Positions 19,177 to 30,125 are shown, counted from the first letter of the stretch. The stretch is 64,000 nucleotides of DNA from Candidatus Nanohaloarchaea archaeon (GCA_014297435.1 JACOQA010000002.1:185961-249960); one strand, 5' to 3'. The notes: generated by a model not told the origin, from the letters alone. Numbers and translations are program-made.

Positions 19177-21315
19177 ATGGGCGCGATAGACTTTATCAAG
19201 AATAGAATAGTTTATCTTGCCTGGTCTATCGCAGGTTCTGCCGTACCTTATGCATTTGACACCGAAATTATTGGTATAGCTGCCTCTAAAATTGATGCTT
19301 TGGAATCTCTGCCGGGGGTAGAGCCTATAAATACAGAAGAACTTGGTTTAAAACACTACCTCTACATAATTATGCCTATTTTGTTGGATAGGGAGGTTTT
19401 CAAGTTCTTTGGAATTGACCTCTTTGAGGGCACCTACATCAACAGCGGAACGCCTTCTCTAGATCCTATGTATGATAGAAGCTCTGGCGAGATAAACAGA
19501 AGAGGTCGTGGTAGATCATCGGGTGAAGACTCTGATCGCGGTCTGGTAGGTAAGTTTCTTTCAGGAATCTTCGGTTTCATCTTTAGCACTAAAGGTATGA
19601 TTTTAGTTATACCTTTGATGTTGGTCGGAGGGCTTCTTGCTACAGGTTACGGTGCTTATGCGGGAGTGGCTGCAGATCAGGCTCTTGCAGGTTCAGGTCC
19701 TACTGAAGTTATAGAGGACACAGCTTCGACATTTTCAGAGGCAAAACAGCGAGTAATGTGTCTTTTCCAGGGTCCAGAATGCCTCAGACAGTGGAGGCTG
19801 AACAACACTAAAAGGCCTGACGCTAACGATGTCGGTGAGAACTATGGGTTGAAGATAAAGGAGTTCCGGTTAGGCTCTGGCTCCCAGCTCGATATAGCGT
19901 TCAAGAACAAAAATTACAAGATGCCTCTATCATTCAGAATAAGAAATACCCGCCATGGTCTAAAAGGGATCAATGCTAGAGATGTAGAATACAAGATAGA
20001 GGTGGTTGATTACGAACACGATACACAGAACCCTTTCTGTGAAACTGAATGGGTTAAAATAAACGGTTACGATGTCGATGATGACGGAGATGACTATGAT
20101 CTCTATCCGGGAACCTCTGCCGCAACAGGTTATAAGACATTGAATTCATTATCTCTTGAAAACTGTCATATGCTTTCACCTGGAGCAGGACAACAGAAAA
20201 CAGTTAACCTCTATCTAAGATATGATTACTTCTCTCAGGCGACCTTGTACTTCGATGCGATGTCAAGGCAGTACAAGAATTCGGAGAACATCGAGATAAG
20301 CACAAAACCTTCGGAAACTGCCGATACACCTGTTGAAGCAATATTAAATGTTGACTCGCCGGCAGTGTTTAATGAAGAAACGCTTAATTCTCAGCCTTTG
20401 GCTGTGAGAGCCACTTTGACCACAGAAGAAAGCGATGTTGAATACCAGGTCAGAGATTACGAGGTAACTGACTCGGAGAAGACCTGCGTGCCAGGAGAAG
20501 GAAACTGTGAGACAACATCGGGAATAGATTCAAATTCCTGCGCCCTCACCAGGGAGGGAGGATCAAACAAGTATGAGCTAAAGAGTGAAGCTAAGAAACG
20601 CCTTATAGCCGGATCTGGTGGTGGTGCGGATGATGCCATACCTGGAGATTACTGGTTCTCGGAAGATCGTCCTCCGGAACTCTTTGGATGTCTCTTCAGC
20701 TTAGAAGATGTTCAAAGCATAAATCCTGCCGGTGAAACACTTACAATGGGAATAGAAGCTAATTATACGGTGAAGAAGACTGAGTCTATCGATTCTTTCA
20801 AAGTTCTCAACTCTCAGTGCCGGAAGATAAACTGCCCAATAATCCGACCTGTCGAAAATAATCTTGAAGGCGTGGTAACCTCCAGCATTGGTCAAGATCA
20901 GGAGTACTGGACGAAGAGAAGCGCTATGTGTGATGGTTTAGATGCGGGTGATGGATGCAAGGTTGTGGAGTCCTACCAGCCTAGCTACGATAATTTAGGG
21001 GCTAAACCTACCGTAGATCAAGGTGAGATAGCAGTAAGAGTTTCATCAGGTAACCCTGATTGGTTCTCCTGCGAAATAAAAAATGGCGAAGTCCAGCCAG
21101 AGTATGGAAATATCGCAGGTTTCGATGAGAACCGTCTAGAATCTGTGTTTAATGGAGATATGGTTTTCGATTGGACCCAAACGGGGTGGCAGATAACTCG
21201 TGGCAGAGCCATATGTCCGAAGAAGTCTGAAGGCTCCTCTTCAACATGTGACGAGGACGAGGTAAAGACCCAGAGCGGAGAATGTGTCCTCGTGCCAAGT
21301 AGAGGCGTATATTAA
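19177..21315 (+). CDS. Large membrane-anchored Cys-rich surface protein, related to the three downstream lipoproteins
   Basis: TM near residue 140-165; YDYFSQATL..TPVEAIL..ANYTVKK pattern shared with ORFs at 22124-24772. Confidence 0.65.
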   Translation: MGAIDFIKNRIVYLAWSIAGSAVPYAFDTEIIGIAASKIDALESLPGVEPINTEELGLKHYLYIIMPILLDREVFKFFGIDLFEGTYINSGTPSLDPMYDRSSGEINRRGRGRSSGEDSDRGLVGKFLSGIFGFIFSTKGMILVIPLMLVGGLLATGYGAYAGVAADQALAGSGPTEVIEDTASTFSEAKQRVMCLFQGPECLRQWRLNNTKRPDANDVGENYGLKIKEFRLGSGSQLDIAFKNKNYKMPLSFRIRNTRHGLKGINARDVEYKIEVVDYEHDTQNPFCETEWVKINGYDVDDDGDDYDLYPGTSAATGYKTLNSLSLENCHMLSPGAGQQKTVNLYLRYDYFSQATLYFDAMSRQYKNSENIEISTKPSETADTPVEAILNVDSPAVFNEETLNSQPLAVRATLTTEESDVEYQVRDYEVTDSEKTCVPGEGNCETTSGIDSNSCALTREGGSNKYELKSEAKKRLIAGSGGGADDAIPGDYWFSEDRPPELFGCLFSLEDVQSINPAGETLTMGIEANYTVKKTESIDSFKVLNSQCRKINCPIIRPVENNLEGVVTSSIGQDQEYWTKRSAMCDGLDAGDGCKVVESYQPSYDNLGAKPTVDQGEIAVRVSSGNPDWFSCEIKNGEVQPEYGNIAGFDENRLESVFNGDMVFDWTQTGWQITRGRAICPKKSEGSSSTCDEDEVKTQSGECVLVPSRGVY

Positions 21316-22118
21316 GCTGTTGTCAGTGTGAGAATGTTCCTAGTGGCGATTGCAAAGCCGAGTAAAGCTATCAAGAAGAGATAGTACTTTCTCTCCTCTC
21401 CCTCTATATTCCTATCTATGTAAAGCACAGCAGGTATTATGATTAATCCTTTCATAACGAACATTCCTGCCGGACCTATTAGATCTATGAAAAATCTTCC
21501 GAGAACATGTTTCTCAACGGCAATATCAAGTCCTACGCCGACAGCAGTGATTGTCGCATCAAAGAAGTGAGCTGCAACAGGCAAAACGAAGCCGTATTTC
21601 AAAAGCTCCGGTTTGAAGCGTTCAAGTAAAATAAATCCGGTAAGCAACCAAGCGAGAGATATCCCGGCAGTCCACAGAAGAATACCTAAGTTGGCTATGG
21701 AGTAGAAAGTGAGAAGGAACCCCAAAGTCGCTATCCCGACAATTGAAAACGGTTTGAAATAGTCTATACCGGTTTTTCTCTGTAGCCCTAGCGAAATCAG
21801 AAGCACTGAGACTGTGAATCCGAACATCAGTATGTAGATGAAAGGTGTTTCAAGCAGAACAGTGTTTACTGCGTTAATATCTTTTAGAGATCTGAGGGCG
21901 CCGCCAAGAAATATATAAGGAGTTATGCCGATTATAAAGCCTCTGTCGATACTGATATCGAGCTTTTTGAGCAGAGGCAATCCAATGTATGCCGCGGCTA
22001 GGGCGAAAAGAGCTGAATATACTGCGGTGTTGAAGGGATTGTAGAAAACCGACTCGTTAGCCACAGGTCTCCAGAACTTGTCGATTAGAAAGCTTTTAAC
22101 CCCTCCAAGAGAACTCAT
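21312..22118 (-). CDS. DUF63 family membrane protein
   Basis: YNPFNT, PYIFLGGALRSLKD, TPFIY, AHFFDATIT, EKHVL and LGFAIATRN motifs. Confidence 0.85.
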   Translation of the reverse strand: MSSLGGVKSFLIDKFWRPVANESVFYNPFNTAVYSALFALAAAYIGLPLLKKLDISIDRGFIIGITPYIFLGGALRSLKDINAVNTVLLETPFIYILMFGFTVSVLLISLGLQRKTGIDYFKPFSIVGIATLGFLLTFYSIANLGILLWTAGISLAWLLTGFILLERFKPELLKYGFVLPVAAHFFDATITAVGVGLDIAVEKHVLGRFFIDLIGPAGMFVMKGLIIIPAVLYIDRNIEGEERKYYLFLIALLGFAIATRNILTLTTA

Positions 22119-22123
22119 TAATT

Positions 22124-23101
22124 ATGCAAAAGGAAAAAGCAGTTTTAAGTCTCTTGTTTCTCTCGGTAGTCGCTTCGGGTTGCATGAGTTCCGGTAACTC
22201 GACAGGCTCAGTAACGGTAAAGAGTCTTAACGTCGAGCCAACTCAGATCTTTGAGGGTCAAAGCGTCAGAGCACAGATGGAGATCGAGAACACGGGGAAT
22301 ATTGCTGGCGAGGTAGCTATTGGAGAGGATGGTAAGGAGATACTTAGAGGGCATTGCCCGGATATATTCTCTGTAGATTCTTCAGGTTTCTCAGTTACCT
22401 CAACGCGGGACAGCTATGATGGAGAGTCAGCAAAGTTGGAGCCCGGAGATCAGTTGAGAGTAAGATGGAAGCTTAACCAGAAAGCGGAGAGAGTTCCGCT
22501 CTACGGTCTTGATTGCGATTTGAAGTTCCCTGTTAAGTTTAATTACTCGGTTTCGGGTCTCAGACAGGTTCAGATAAAGAAGAATAAAGAAGTTGAGGGC
22601 TCGAACAAGCTTCAAACACAGAGCTCGCCCGGACCGATGAATATAGTTATGGGTACTCTGCCAAGTTCTACTGGTAAAACCTCGACATTTATTGCTGACA
22701 CTTCAGACGATTCTAGAGATCTCAGCATAGCGATCCAGCTCCGGAACCCTAATCCGGAGAGCGAGGAGTACAGGAAGGGAGTTGTGGATGTTAATGAGAA
22801 CAGTTTCCGCATTGAAGCTACTGAACCTCTCGAGCTTGATGAATCTATGTCATTAGATGGAGAGGATATGGTTTGGAACGCAAACGGTTATTCTGATCCG
22901 AAATGTGAGGTTCCTCAGACACGAAGAGGTCTTAGACTCGATCAGGGCAAGTCCGTAACTATCAGATGTAACATTCCTTTACCTGAGAAAAACGAGCTTC
23001 AATCGCCTTCTGCTATATCTGAGATATCGGCTCATGTAAACTATACATATGAGAAAGATGCCGGCACGAGAAATATAAAGGTGGAGAGTCGTGGACAGTA
23101 A
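22124..23101 (+). CDS. Putative lipoprotein (paralog 1)
   Basis: Lipobox VVASGC; CARDB-like N-domain. Confidence 0.75.
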   Translation: MQKEKAVLSLLFLSVVASGCMSSGNSTGSVTVKSLNVEPTQIFEGQSVRAQMEIENTGNIAGEVAIGEDGKEILRGHCPDIFSVDSSGFSVTSTRDSYDGESAKLEPGDQLRVRWKLNQKAERVPLYGLDCDLKFPVKFNYSVSGLRQVQIKKNKEVEGSNKLQTQSSPGPMNIVMGTLPSSTGKTSTFIADTSDDSRDLSIAIQLRNPNPESEEYRKGVVDVNENSFRIEATEPLELDESMSLDGEDMVWNANGYSDPKCEVPQTRRGLRLDQGKSVTIRCNIPLPEKNELQSPSAISEISAHVNYTYEKDAGTRNIKVESRGQ

Positions 23102-23864
23102 AATAACTATTTTTCTGGCTCTTGTGGTTGTAGCTTCTGGCTGCGCACAGCAAGAGTCAGAAAATTCGCCTGAAAAAGGGCTTGAAGTCAAGGATTTTTC
23201 GATATCCGAGAAAAGCCTTGTTCCGTCACAGCAAGCATATATAACTCTAGTTTTGAAGAACCATCACACGCAACAGATTAACCTTCGGGATATCTCTCTT
23301 TACAACACGGGTTTGCTCAAAGCCGATAAACAGGGGTGTAGACCTGAAAATATAGAGGTAGCTACAGCAGATGTGGCGCCTGAAATGGAGTGTACATGGA
23401 AGGTCGAAGCGCCCGAAGATATTGGAGCCTTCAACTCAAAATCTGTATCTCTTAAGCTCAACATTGAGTATGATTCGCAGCTAGAGCCGACAGAACCGTT
23501 TAAGATAGATTTCAAGAGTCCTGAAGACATAACTGAAACTTCTAATTTAGAGAAAACCTATACTAATAGTGAGATCAAGTTAGATATTTCGACCGAAAAT
23601 CCTGCACCTTCTCAGGGAAGGTTGATAGATTTAACTATTTCTAGCGCGGGAAAGGGCAGGGTTGCATCTGACTTTTCTATGGACTATAGTCCTTCCGGGG
23701 TCTTCGAGGATTGTGATCAACAAAAAGAGATCGTGGTAGGATCCTCTGTAGAGTTTAGCTGCCAGATAAGCTCTGATCAAACGGTTGAACGGAATCTAAT
23801 GATCTCCACATCTTATAAATACGTCAAAGCACCAACGCTTGATGTCGAGGTCGTTAAAAGATGA
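23091..23864 (+). CDS. Putative lipoprotein (paralog 2)
   Basis: Lipobox VVASGC; overlaps both neighbours. Confidence 0.75.
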   Translation: MDSKITIFLALVVVASGCAQQESENSPEKGLEVKDFSISEKSLVPSQQAYITLVLKNHHTQQINLRDISLYNTGLLKADKQGCRPENIEVATADVAPEMECTWKVEAPEDIGAFNSKSVSLKLNIEYDSQLEPTEPFKIDFKSPEDITETSNLEKTYTNSEIKLDISTENPAPSQGRLIDLTISSAGKGRVASDFSMDYSPSGVFEDCDQQKEIVVGSSVEFSCQISSDQTVERNLMISTSYKYVKAPTLDVEVVKR

Positions 23865-24772
23865 TAGAAAAAAGAGCTATTGTTTTTATTGCGCTTGTTG
23901 TTGTTGCCTCTGGATGCGCATCAACTACAACCCCTGAAAATTCTTCAACTGCGGACAGTGTTTCAGTAATGAACTTCACTGCCTATCCTTCTTCTCCCTA
24001 TAGCGGAGAGCAGGTGCGCTTAAGACTTACGCTAAAGAATACCGGTGATGCTACGGCTGAAGATGTTACCGCACAGCTATTTAACGTTCCGTTTTCAGGC
24101 TCAGGTAATGTTTGGGACTATGTAGGAGATCAATCGGCTGATAAAAGCTTCGGAACGCTTGAGCCAAGGGATGACGAGAACAATCTTCCTGCAAGACCTT
24201 CGACAAAGGTCTGGAACATTAAAGCACCAACTTTGGAGAACGGCGTGACAATCCCTTACAACTTCAAGTCGAGGATTTACTACAAATACAGCACTCAGGG
24301 AACTTCGAGAATTACCTTGATGAGTAGAGAGCGTTTCCAGAATGAAAGAACAAGAAGCAGACCGACGCTTGACACAACCTCGGGTCCTATTCAGATGAGC
24401 ATAAGGACTAAGTCGCCAATTACATATACGGGAGATTCGCCGACAAACTCTCAGATGTGTATCCAAGTCAAGAACGAAGGGAGCGGAACACCTTTCGTGT
24501 CGGACGATTATGATGTAAGCGACTCGGAGGAAAACACTGTTGAGATAACAGTTCCTGACCAAGGATCGATTGATTTCTCGGCAAATCAGGGAGATGGCAA
24601 CTCCGCAGAACTAGATCTCGTTGGAGGAAGAGGTTTCTCTTGCTTTACAATCGAAGCTACAGGCGGTATCGGTCCACAGCAGGAGATACCTGTAATAGTG
24701 GAAGCTGACTACGGATACCTTAAAGAGGATACACAAACTGTAAGGGTGAGGGGAAGCCGCCTATCTAACTAA
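23861..24772 (+). CDS. Putative lipoprotein (paralog 3)
   Basis: Lipobox VVASGC; LKNTGDATAEDV CARDB-like motif. Confidence 0.75.
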   Translation: MIEKRAIVFIALVVVASGCASTTTPENSSTADSVSVMNFTAYPSSPYSGEQVRLRLTLKNTGDATAEDVTAQLFNVPFSGSGNVWDYVGDQSADKSFGTLEPRDDENNLPARPSTKVWNIKAPTLENGVTIPYNFKSRIYYKYSTQGTSRITLMSRERFQNERTRSRPTLDTTSGPIQMSIRTKSPITYTGDSPTNSQMCIQVKNEGSGTPFVSDDYDVSDSEENTVEITVPDQGSIDFSANQGDGNSAELDLVGGRGFSCFTIEATGGIGPQQEIPVIVEADYGYLKEDTQTVRVRGSRLSN

Positions 24773-24985
24773 CCTTTCTACTTTTCCTCTTTTCCATTTA
24801 ATATCCGCATCTAACAGTATTCTGAGTACTTTTTGGTTCTTCTATAAATTTAAAGAGGTAAATATTGAAATCTGAAGCTGTTCGTTTACCAGCCTCTCAA
24901 TCAATTGGGGTTACCAGATAATATGTAGTCTACTGAGATGTATGAAAGAAGGAATTGAGGAAAAAAGAGGATAGATAAGAAATAC

Positions 24986-26707
24986 TTAGATGAGGTAGAG
25001 GGCTGAGAGAACTATTCCCAGTCCTGCAACGATCGAGGCGATTACTTTGCTACCTGTGTTGCCATCTACCTCGCTGATGAAGCTGGAGATGCTCTGTGTG
25101 AACGAGCCAGAGACCTGGTTCTGGTCTGACTCAATAGCTTCCTCTATGTCTTCTCCAACTACAAGTCTTACTGTCTTCGACTTCTGAATTTCTTTGCCTG
25201 TTGCGGTTGCTGTGATCACAACCTCTCCTTCCTTCTTGAAAGGAATTCCTGCGTAGAGGTAGACGTTCTCTGACTGTCCTCCCTCAATTGTAACGTTGTC
25301 GGTTCCTAAGTCTACCCATTCAGGTCCGTCGGTCTTCAAGGCGTAAGTGTTCTGCTGTGTTCCTGTGTTGTTTAGCTGAATTTCGTAGACTGTCGAACGG
25401 TTCTCTCCAGCTGATACTACTTCAGGAAGCACGTCCATCTCTAGATCATAGCAGTTCTCGACTACTACGTTGGTTTGTGCGGATGATGTCGGCTCTCCGA
25501 ATGTTTCAGCTGTTGTCTGAACTGTTACAGGGTAACTGTCTGGCTGTCTGTTTCCTAGATTGACTGTTACGTTGGTTGATTCTCCTTCTTCAAGCTGGAC
25601 GTTCGAAGTTGAAAGGTTGCCGTCCGAGGTTGAAAGGCTGAATGTTTCTGCTGCAGCTCCCGTGTTTTGAACTCTTACTTCTGCGGAAGCTCTCTCGTCC
25701 TCACAGTATCGAGGATTTGAGTTAGTGTAGCCGATTGATGCTTCCATGCCGTTCTGTACGTTTAGTCCGACATTTGTTGAACTTGTTGATTCTCCTTCTG
25801 CAGCGATCTGGATCTGCTGTCCTCCAAGTTCTTCCGGTCTTACATTTAATGTGGTTGTCTCTGTTTCTCCGGATGCGACTTCTAGCTCTTCTTCTGCTAG
25901 TTCTCCTGCCGAACTTGTAACCCGGAAGACGTCAGACTTGGTTCCAAGATTTTCGATTGATACTTCGAACTCTGCCTGGTTGAATGCTGCTACGTCCTGT
26001 GTCTGCGGCTGGACGTTCATCTCGGAATCGAAGCAGGTTTCTGCTGTGAAGCTGATTCTGTCGATCTCCTGTGCGTAACTTGTTATTGATGCGGTGACTA
26101 GGTTGAAGTTTCTCTCAATTTCTGAGTTCGAAGAGATTCTGAGTTCAACTGTCTTTGTCTCTCCGTCCTCAAGGCTTACTCTCTCTGTTGAGAGCTGTCC
26201 GTAATCTGTCTCGAGGCTGAACTCTTCCTGCTGAATTCCGTCGTTCGTTACCTCGATCTTGTATGTTGCTGCCTGTCCTAGGCAAGCTGTCTGAGAACTT
26301 TCAGCTACTTCAACGGAAACGTCGTGGTCTTTGATTACGTTGACTTCTCCGTTTGTTGTGAATGTTGTGCCTGAGGCTTGAGAAGTTGCGTAGAGTTCGA
26401 ACGAGTATGTTCCTTCGTCCTTGTCGACTGCTGGATTGTACCAGACATTTACTGTTCTGGATTCTCCTGAGTCAAGAGTTACTTCGGTTGGTGCGATCGA
26501 TATCTCGGATGGTTCTGAAGAACTGAACTTGAAACTGTCTTTTACTGGTCCGAGGTTCTCGACTTCCATCTCGTAGGAAGTGAAGGAGTCGATCCTCGAA
26601 CTTGATTCATCTGGGAATAGTGTTAGGTCTGCGGGTCCTGCCGCGACCGCTGTTGTCATTATTGTTATTAGAAGTGTTAGTATGGTTAGACGTTTAGAGA
26701 GATTCAT
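24986..26707 (-). CDS. Surface protein with tandem Ig-like (CARDB/NPCBM-associated-like) repeats and a C-terminal TM anchor
   Basis: Signal peptide MNLSKR...; about five repeats of V.N.G...(D/E).F.L....L..GE...V; C-terminal hydrophobic helix; start set to the ATG at 26707. Confidence 0.75.
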   Translation of the reverse strand: MNLSKRLTILTLLITIMTTAVAAGPADLTLFPDESSSRIDSFTSYEMEVENLGPVKDSFKFSSSEPSEISIAPTEVTLDSGESRTVNVWYNPAVDKDEGTYSFELYATSQASGTTFTTNGEVNVIKDHDVSVEVAESSQTACLGQAATYKIEVTNDGIQQEEFSLETDYGQLSTERVSLEDGETKTVELRISSNSEIERNFNLVTASITSYAQEIDRISFTAETCFDSEMNVQPQTQDVAAFNQAEFEVSIENLGTKSDVFRVTSSAGELAEEELEVASGETETTTLNVRPEELGGQQIQIAAEGESTSSTNVGLNVQNGMEASIGYTNSNPRYCEDERASAEVRVQNTGAAAETFSLSTSDGNLSTSNVQLEEGESTNVTVNLGNRQPDSYPVTVQTTAETFGEPTSSAQTNVVVENCYDLEMDVLPEVVSAGENRSTVYEIQLNNTGTQQNTYALKTDGPEWVDLGTDNVTIEGGQSENVYLYAGIPFKKEGEVVITATATGKEIQKSKTVRLVVGEDIEEAIESDQNQVSGSFTQSISSFISEVDGNTGSKVIASIVAGLGIVLSALYLI

Positions 26708-26857
26708 AGCTTTAAGTGTCACCTGATGATAACACAAATTCTTAACTCTTTTATACCTTTTTACATGCCGTAATGGTTACAGAAGTTAATAACTGCTTAA
26801 TGAGAAACTAAAAAGTTCTAGAAACGATTAAAAAAAGTAGTAGAGCGTTTGAAGCCG

Positions 26858-29800
26858 TCAGAAGATTCCAAACAACCTATCAATCAAGCCTTTCTTCCTT
26901 GGCTGTTTCGAACCTCCTGCCCATACACGGACATCCTTCTTGAAGACCTCCGATCCATCCGAAGAGACCGTGATCTCTGCCGTTCCTTCACCTTCCTCAC
27001 GAGGTGTCAGGTAGAAGAAGACTGTCTTCTTCTCGCCGGTATCCAACAATACCTGTCTCTCCGACTGGGAAACCCAGGTGTCCGGCAAACCTTCAAGCTC
27101 AAGCTGGTAACGCTTCACCTCTCTATGGGTGTTATAGAGATCAACCTTCACCAAGCCTTCCTCAGACTCGACAGAGGCAATCTGATCAGGGAAGCTCTCA
27201 ACCTCGTTACCAAGCTCCAAGACCTCAACAGTTGTCGAAGCGCTTCCAGACTTACCGCCTGTTACAGCACGAACCTCAAACTCGTGCTCACCGGGATCAC
27301 TGGCGCTTACATCGAAGCAGACCTCTCCGCTCTGAGTCTTCGAATCAACTACTCTTCCATCTCTCAACAGGTAGACCTTAGGATCGATCTGCGAACTAAC
27401 GTCGCCACAGATCTCGTAGGTCTCGCCTTCAAACACTTCACGAGGTGCGTAGACAGCTTCCACTGTCGCAACCGGAAGGATTGAAACAGCCGTTGACTGT
27501 GAAGCTCCATTAGTCGAAACCTCGACATTCTGCTGTCCTACTTGGTTTGAACGTACGTAGACCTGGTAGTAGCCATCAGGCTGTGTTGTGGTCGATGCTA
27601 CACGTTCAAAGCCTACTTCTATATCAGCCTGGCTTCTGCCTCTGACGCCGTCAACGTACCCGGAAACCTTGAACGATTTTCCGGCAACAACTTCCCTTGG
27701 TGAAACCTCTACGGTCATCGAGGAAGCCTCTCCGCCTCCAACGTTTCCAAGTCCGCAGTCCCTGACATCGATCGTTCGGGTAACCGAGTCAAAGCCTCCG
27801 TTCGAGACCTGAACTCTGTAGTTCTCTGAACCCGACCCTTGGACGTTTGTGAAACGGATGTTCTTCGTCCTGTAACCGTCTCCGGATACATGGATGTCTC
27901 TTACAACTTCGCCGTCAAGTCCGGTTCCCTGGATCTCAACGACTTTACCGTAACTATCTCTATTACTTACAGTGACTCTTGTCGTGAAGCTTTCACCTCT
28001 ACATACGTAGTTAGGTCCTGAGACTTCGGTGATTCTGAGCTCCCCATCTTCCTCGTCAGAGTCATCGTCTTCTCTTTCTAAAGTGAAGTCTTCGGTCTCC
28101 GGTTCTCCTTCTTCAAGTTCTATATCTCTTGTCTCTGTTTCGTAACCGTCTTTTGAGACCGTTATCTCGTAGTCATCAGGTTCGAGGCTGAAGTAAGCCT
28201 CTCCCTCATCATCGGTTTCATCTGATTCATCGTCGCCGTTTTCGACTTCTACCTCTGCGTCTTCTATCGGATCGTTATCTTCGTCTTCAACGCTAACTGT
28301 AAGATCTACTTCTTCCTCGTCAGAATCATCGTCGGTCTCCCCAACTTCTATCGTTTCGGTCTCTGTATCGGAACCTTCGGATCCGACAACCTCCAGTTCT
28401 ACATCATAGTCTCCTTCTTCATCGAAGGTGTAATCTACTTCCTCACCGTACTTGTCAGGAATACCGTTCTCGTCGAAGTCCCATATAAAGCTGTCCGCTC
28501 CTGTCGAATCGGATGCATCGAACTCTACTTCTTCACCTGCCTCGGGTTCGTTAGGGCTCCAGTCAAAATCAGCTTCAACTTCTTCATCTGTCCCATCTTC
28601 TAGCTCCGAAAGCTCAAGATCAATGGATTCTTCCTCTCCTTCGTCAAGATCCACGGTTTTTGAGGCTGTTTCATAATCTGGGTCGGAAGCTGTTACTTCG
28701 TATTCGCTAGGCTTAAGCTGGAAAAGGACTTCTCCATTCTCATCAGTCTCTTCACTTGTTGTCTCGCCGTTCTCGGCTTCAACATCTATATCTTCGAGAG
28801 CATCACCGTCTTCATCGACTACATTTACTGTCAATTCTGCTTGTTCTTCTTCACCTTCCTCAACTAGCTCAATCGTTTCCTCTGTTGGTTCTCCCGAGTT
28901 CACTTCTACATCATCTCTCGAGTTATCCTGGTAATCGTACTTCGAAACATCTATGTCGTATTCTCCTTCTTCAAGTGAGAAGCTGACCTCTCCATCATCG
29001 TCAGTCTCTTTCTCCTGATTGTCAACTTCGACAGTCGCATCCTCAAGAGGATCTTCTTCTGAATCTGTAACTGTTACTTCAAGAGTTCCTCCATCTCCGT
29101 TTACATTAAGAGTTACTTCATCGCTCGTGAAGCTCTCTCCTTCACACGCTCCGCTGTCAACATCAAATTTCGCGTTGATATCAACATCGCCGGTGTCAAG
29201 ATCTTCCGTATCAAAGTCTACTTCGTAGTCATCATCGCTGTAACCATCTACAGTTATTTCGTCTGAAGCTACTTCATCTCCGTCTGCCTCTATAATCAGT
29301 TCGCCTTCTTCATCCTCGGATTCTGCGTTCTCAATATTTACTGCGGCAGTAACTTCTTCGTCTTGGTTGGCAAAGTCCTCGTTCAGATCAACCGTAACTG
29401 TTTCATCATCCAAACCGCACTTAACTCTCTCTTCGGTGAAGAAATAGTTTCTTTCAGAGTTCGAGGTTGCGGTTCCGTCCGAGGCTTCCACTTTCCAAAT
29501 GTACTCTCTATCGTAGCTTAGGCTTCTCCAGTCAGGGAGGGTAAAGTCAACGTTATCGCCTTCATCAACATTCCTTAGTTCGTCGTAATCATCGCTATCC
29601 AGAGTCCTGATCCTGTCTCCGTCATTGTCTAGTACTTTAATAGTGTAGTCAAGATCGTCTCCGTCTCTGTCTTCCGCGCTAAACTCGAAAGTTGGTGTTG
29701 TACTTACTATTTCGTCTTCTGAAGGATTCTGAAGATCAAAGTTTCCGGGAGCCTGATTATCAGGTTCTGAATCTTGAGTCCATTCAAGTGTTATCTTCTC

Positions 29801-30112
29801 CCGATTTTCTGAGCCTTCAACTACCGTAACAGCTCTCACTTGCAAACTTCCTTCGGTCCCCTGTACATAATCGTTGCTTATGCTGCAGCCGTTGCTGCAT
29901 GAGAAAGTCATGGCGTCCGCGATCCATTCATCTTGTACATCACTCCATCTTTCTACACGTATACTGCTCGCGGAGTTGGATGTCGAAGCTGTAACTTTCT
30001 GTGACTCTCCGATTTTAAGATTGGTATCGGAGCTAGGTTGAATGTTTACTGCTGTTGAAAATGTTGTGAAAGCCGCCAATAGGATTATTATTGTAATTAA
30101 TTTGTTTCTCAT
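26858..30112 (-). CDS. Large secreted multidomain surface protein (PKD, carboxypeptidase-regulatory/PEGA-like and CARDB-like domains)
   Basis: Signal peptide; three LTV.V.DE..DP.EDA.V...TD..GE..F.L..G.Y repeats; PKD VEFDASDS...WDFD; amphipathic tail KKGLIDRLFGIF. Confidence 0.8.
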   Translation of the reverse strand: MRNKLITIIILLAAFTTFSTAVNIQPSSDTNLKIGESQKVTASTSNSASSIRVERWSDVQDEWIADAMTFSCSNGCSISNDYVQGTEGSLQVRAVTVVEGSENREKITLEWTQDSEPDNQAPGNFDLQNPSEDEIVSTTPTFEFSAEDRDGDDLDYTIKVLDNDGDRIRTLDSDDYDELRNVDEGDNVDFTLPDWRSLSYDREYIWKVEASDGTATSNSERNYFFTEERVKCGLDDETVTVDLNEDFANQDEEVTAAVNIENAESEDEEGELIIEADGDEVASDEITVDGYSDDDYEVDFDTEDLDTGDVDINAKFDVDSGACEGESFTSDEVTLNVNGDGGTLEVTVTDSEEDPLEDATVEVDNQEKETDDDGEVSFSLEEGEYDIDVSKYDYQDNSRDDVEVNSGEPTEETIELVEEGEEEQAELTVNVVDEDGDALEDIDVEAENGETTSEETDENGEVLFQLKPSEYEVTASDPDYETASKTVDLDEGEEESIDLELSELEDGTDEEVEADFDWSPNEPEAGEEVEFDASDSTGADSFIWDFDENGIPDKYGEEVDYTFDEEGDYDVELEVVGSEGSDTETETIEVGETDDDSDEEEVDLTVSVEDEDNDPIEDAEVEVENGDDESDETDDEGEAYFSLEPDDYEITVSKDGYETETRDIELEEGEPETEDFTLEREDDDSDEEDGELRITEVSGPNYVCRGESFTTRVTVSNRDSYGKVVEIQGTGLDGEVVRDIHVSGDGYRTKNIRFTNVQGSGSENYRVQVSNGGFDSVTRTIDVRDCGLGNVGGGEASSMTVEVSPREVVAGKSFKVSGYVDGVRGRSQADIEVGFERVASTTTQPDGYYQVYVRSNQVGQQNVEVSTNGASQSTAVSILPVATVEAVYAPREVFEGETYEICGDVSSQIDPKVYLLRDGRVVDSKTQSGEVCFDVSASDPGEHEFEVRAVTGGKSGSASTTVEVLELGNEVESFPDQIASVESEEGLVKVDLYNTHREVKRYQLELEGLPDTWVSQSERQVLLDTGEKKTVFFYLTPREEGEGTAEITVSSDGSEVFKKDVRVWAGGSKQPRKKGLIDRLFGIF

Positions 30113-30125
30113 TTTTCTTCACCCT

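Noticed and set aside
24773-24985. AT-rich gap as a replication origin
   Set aside because: No ORB-like repeats or adjacent orc/cdc6; pyrimidine tracts fit terminators of convergent genes
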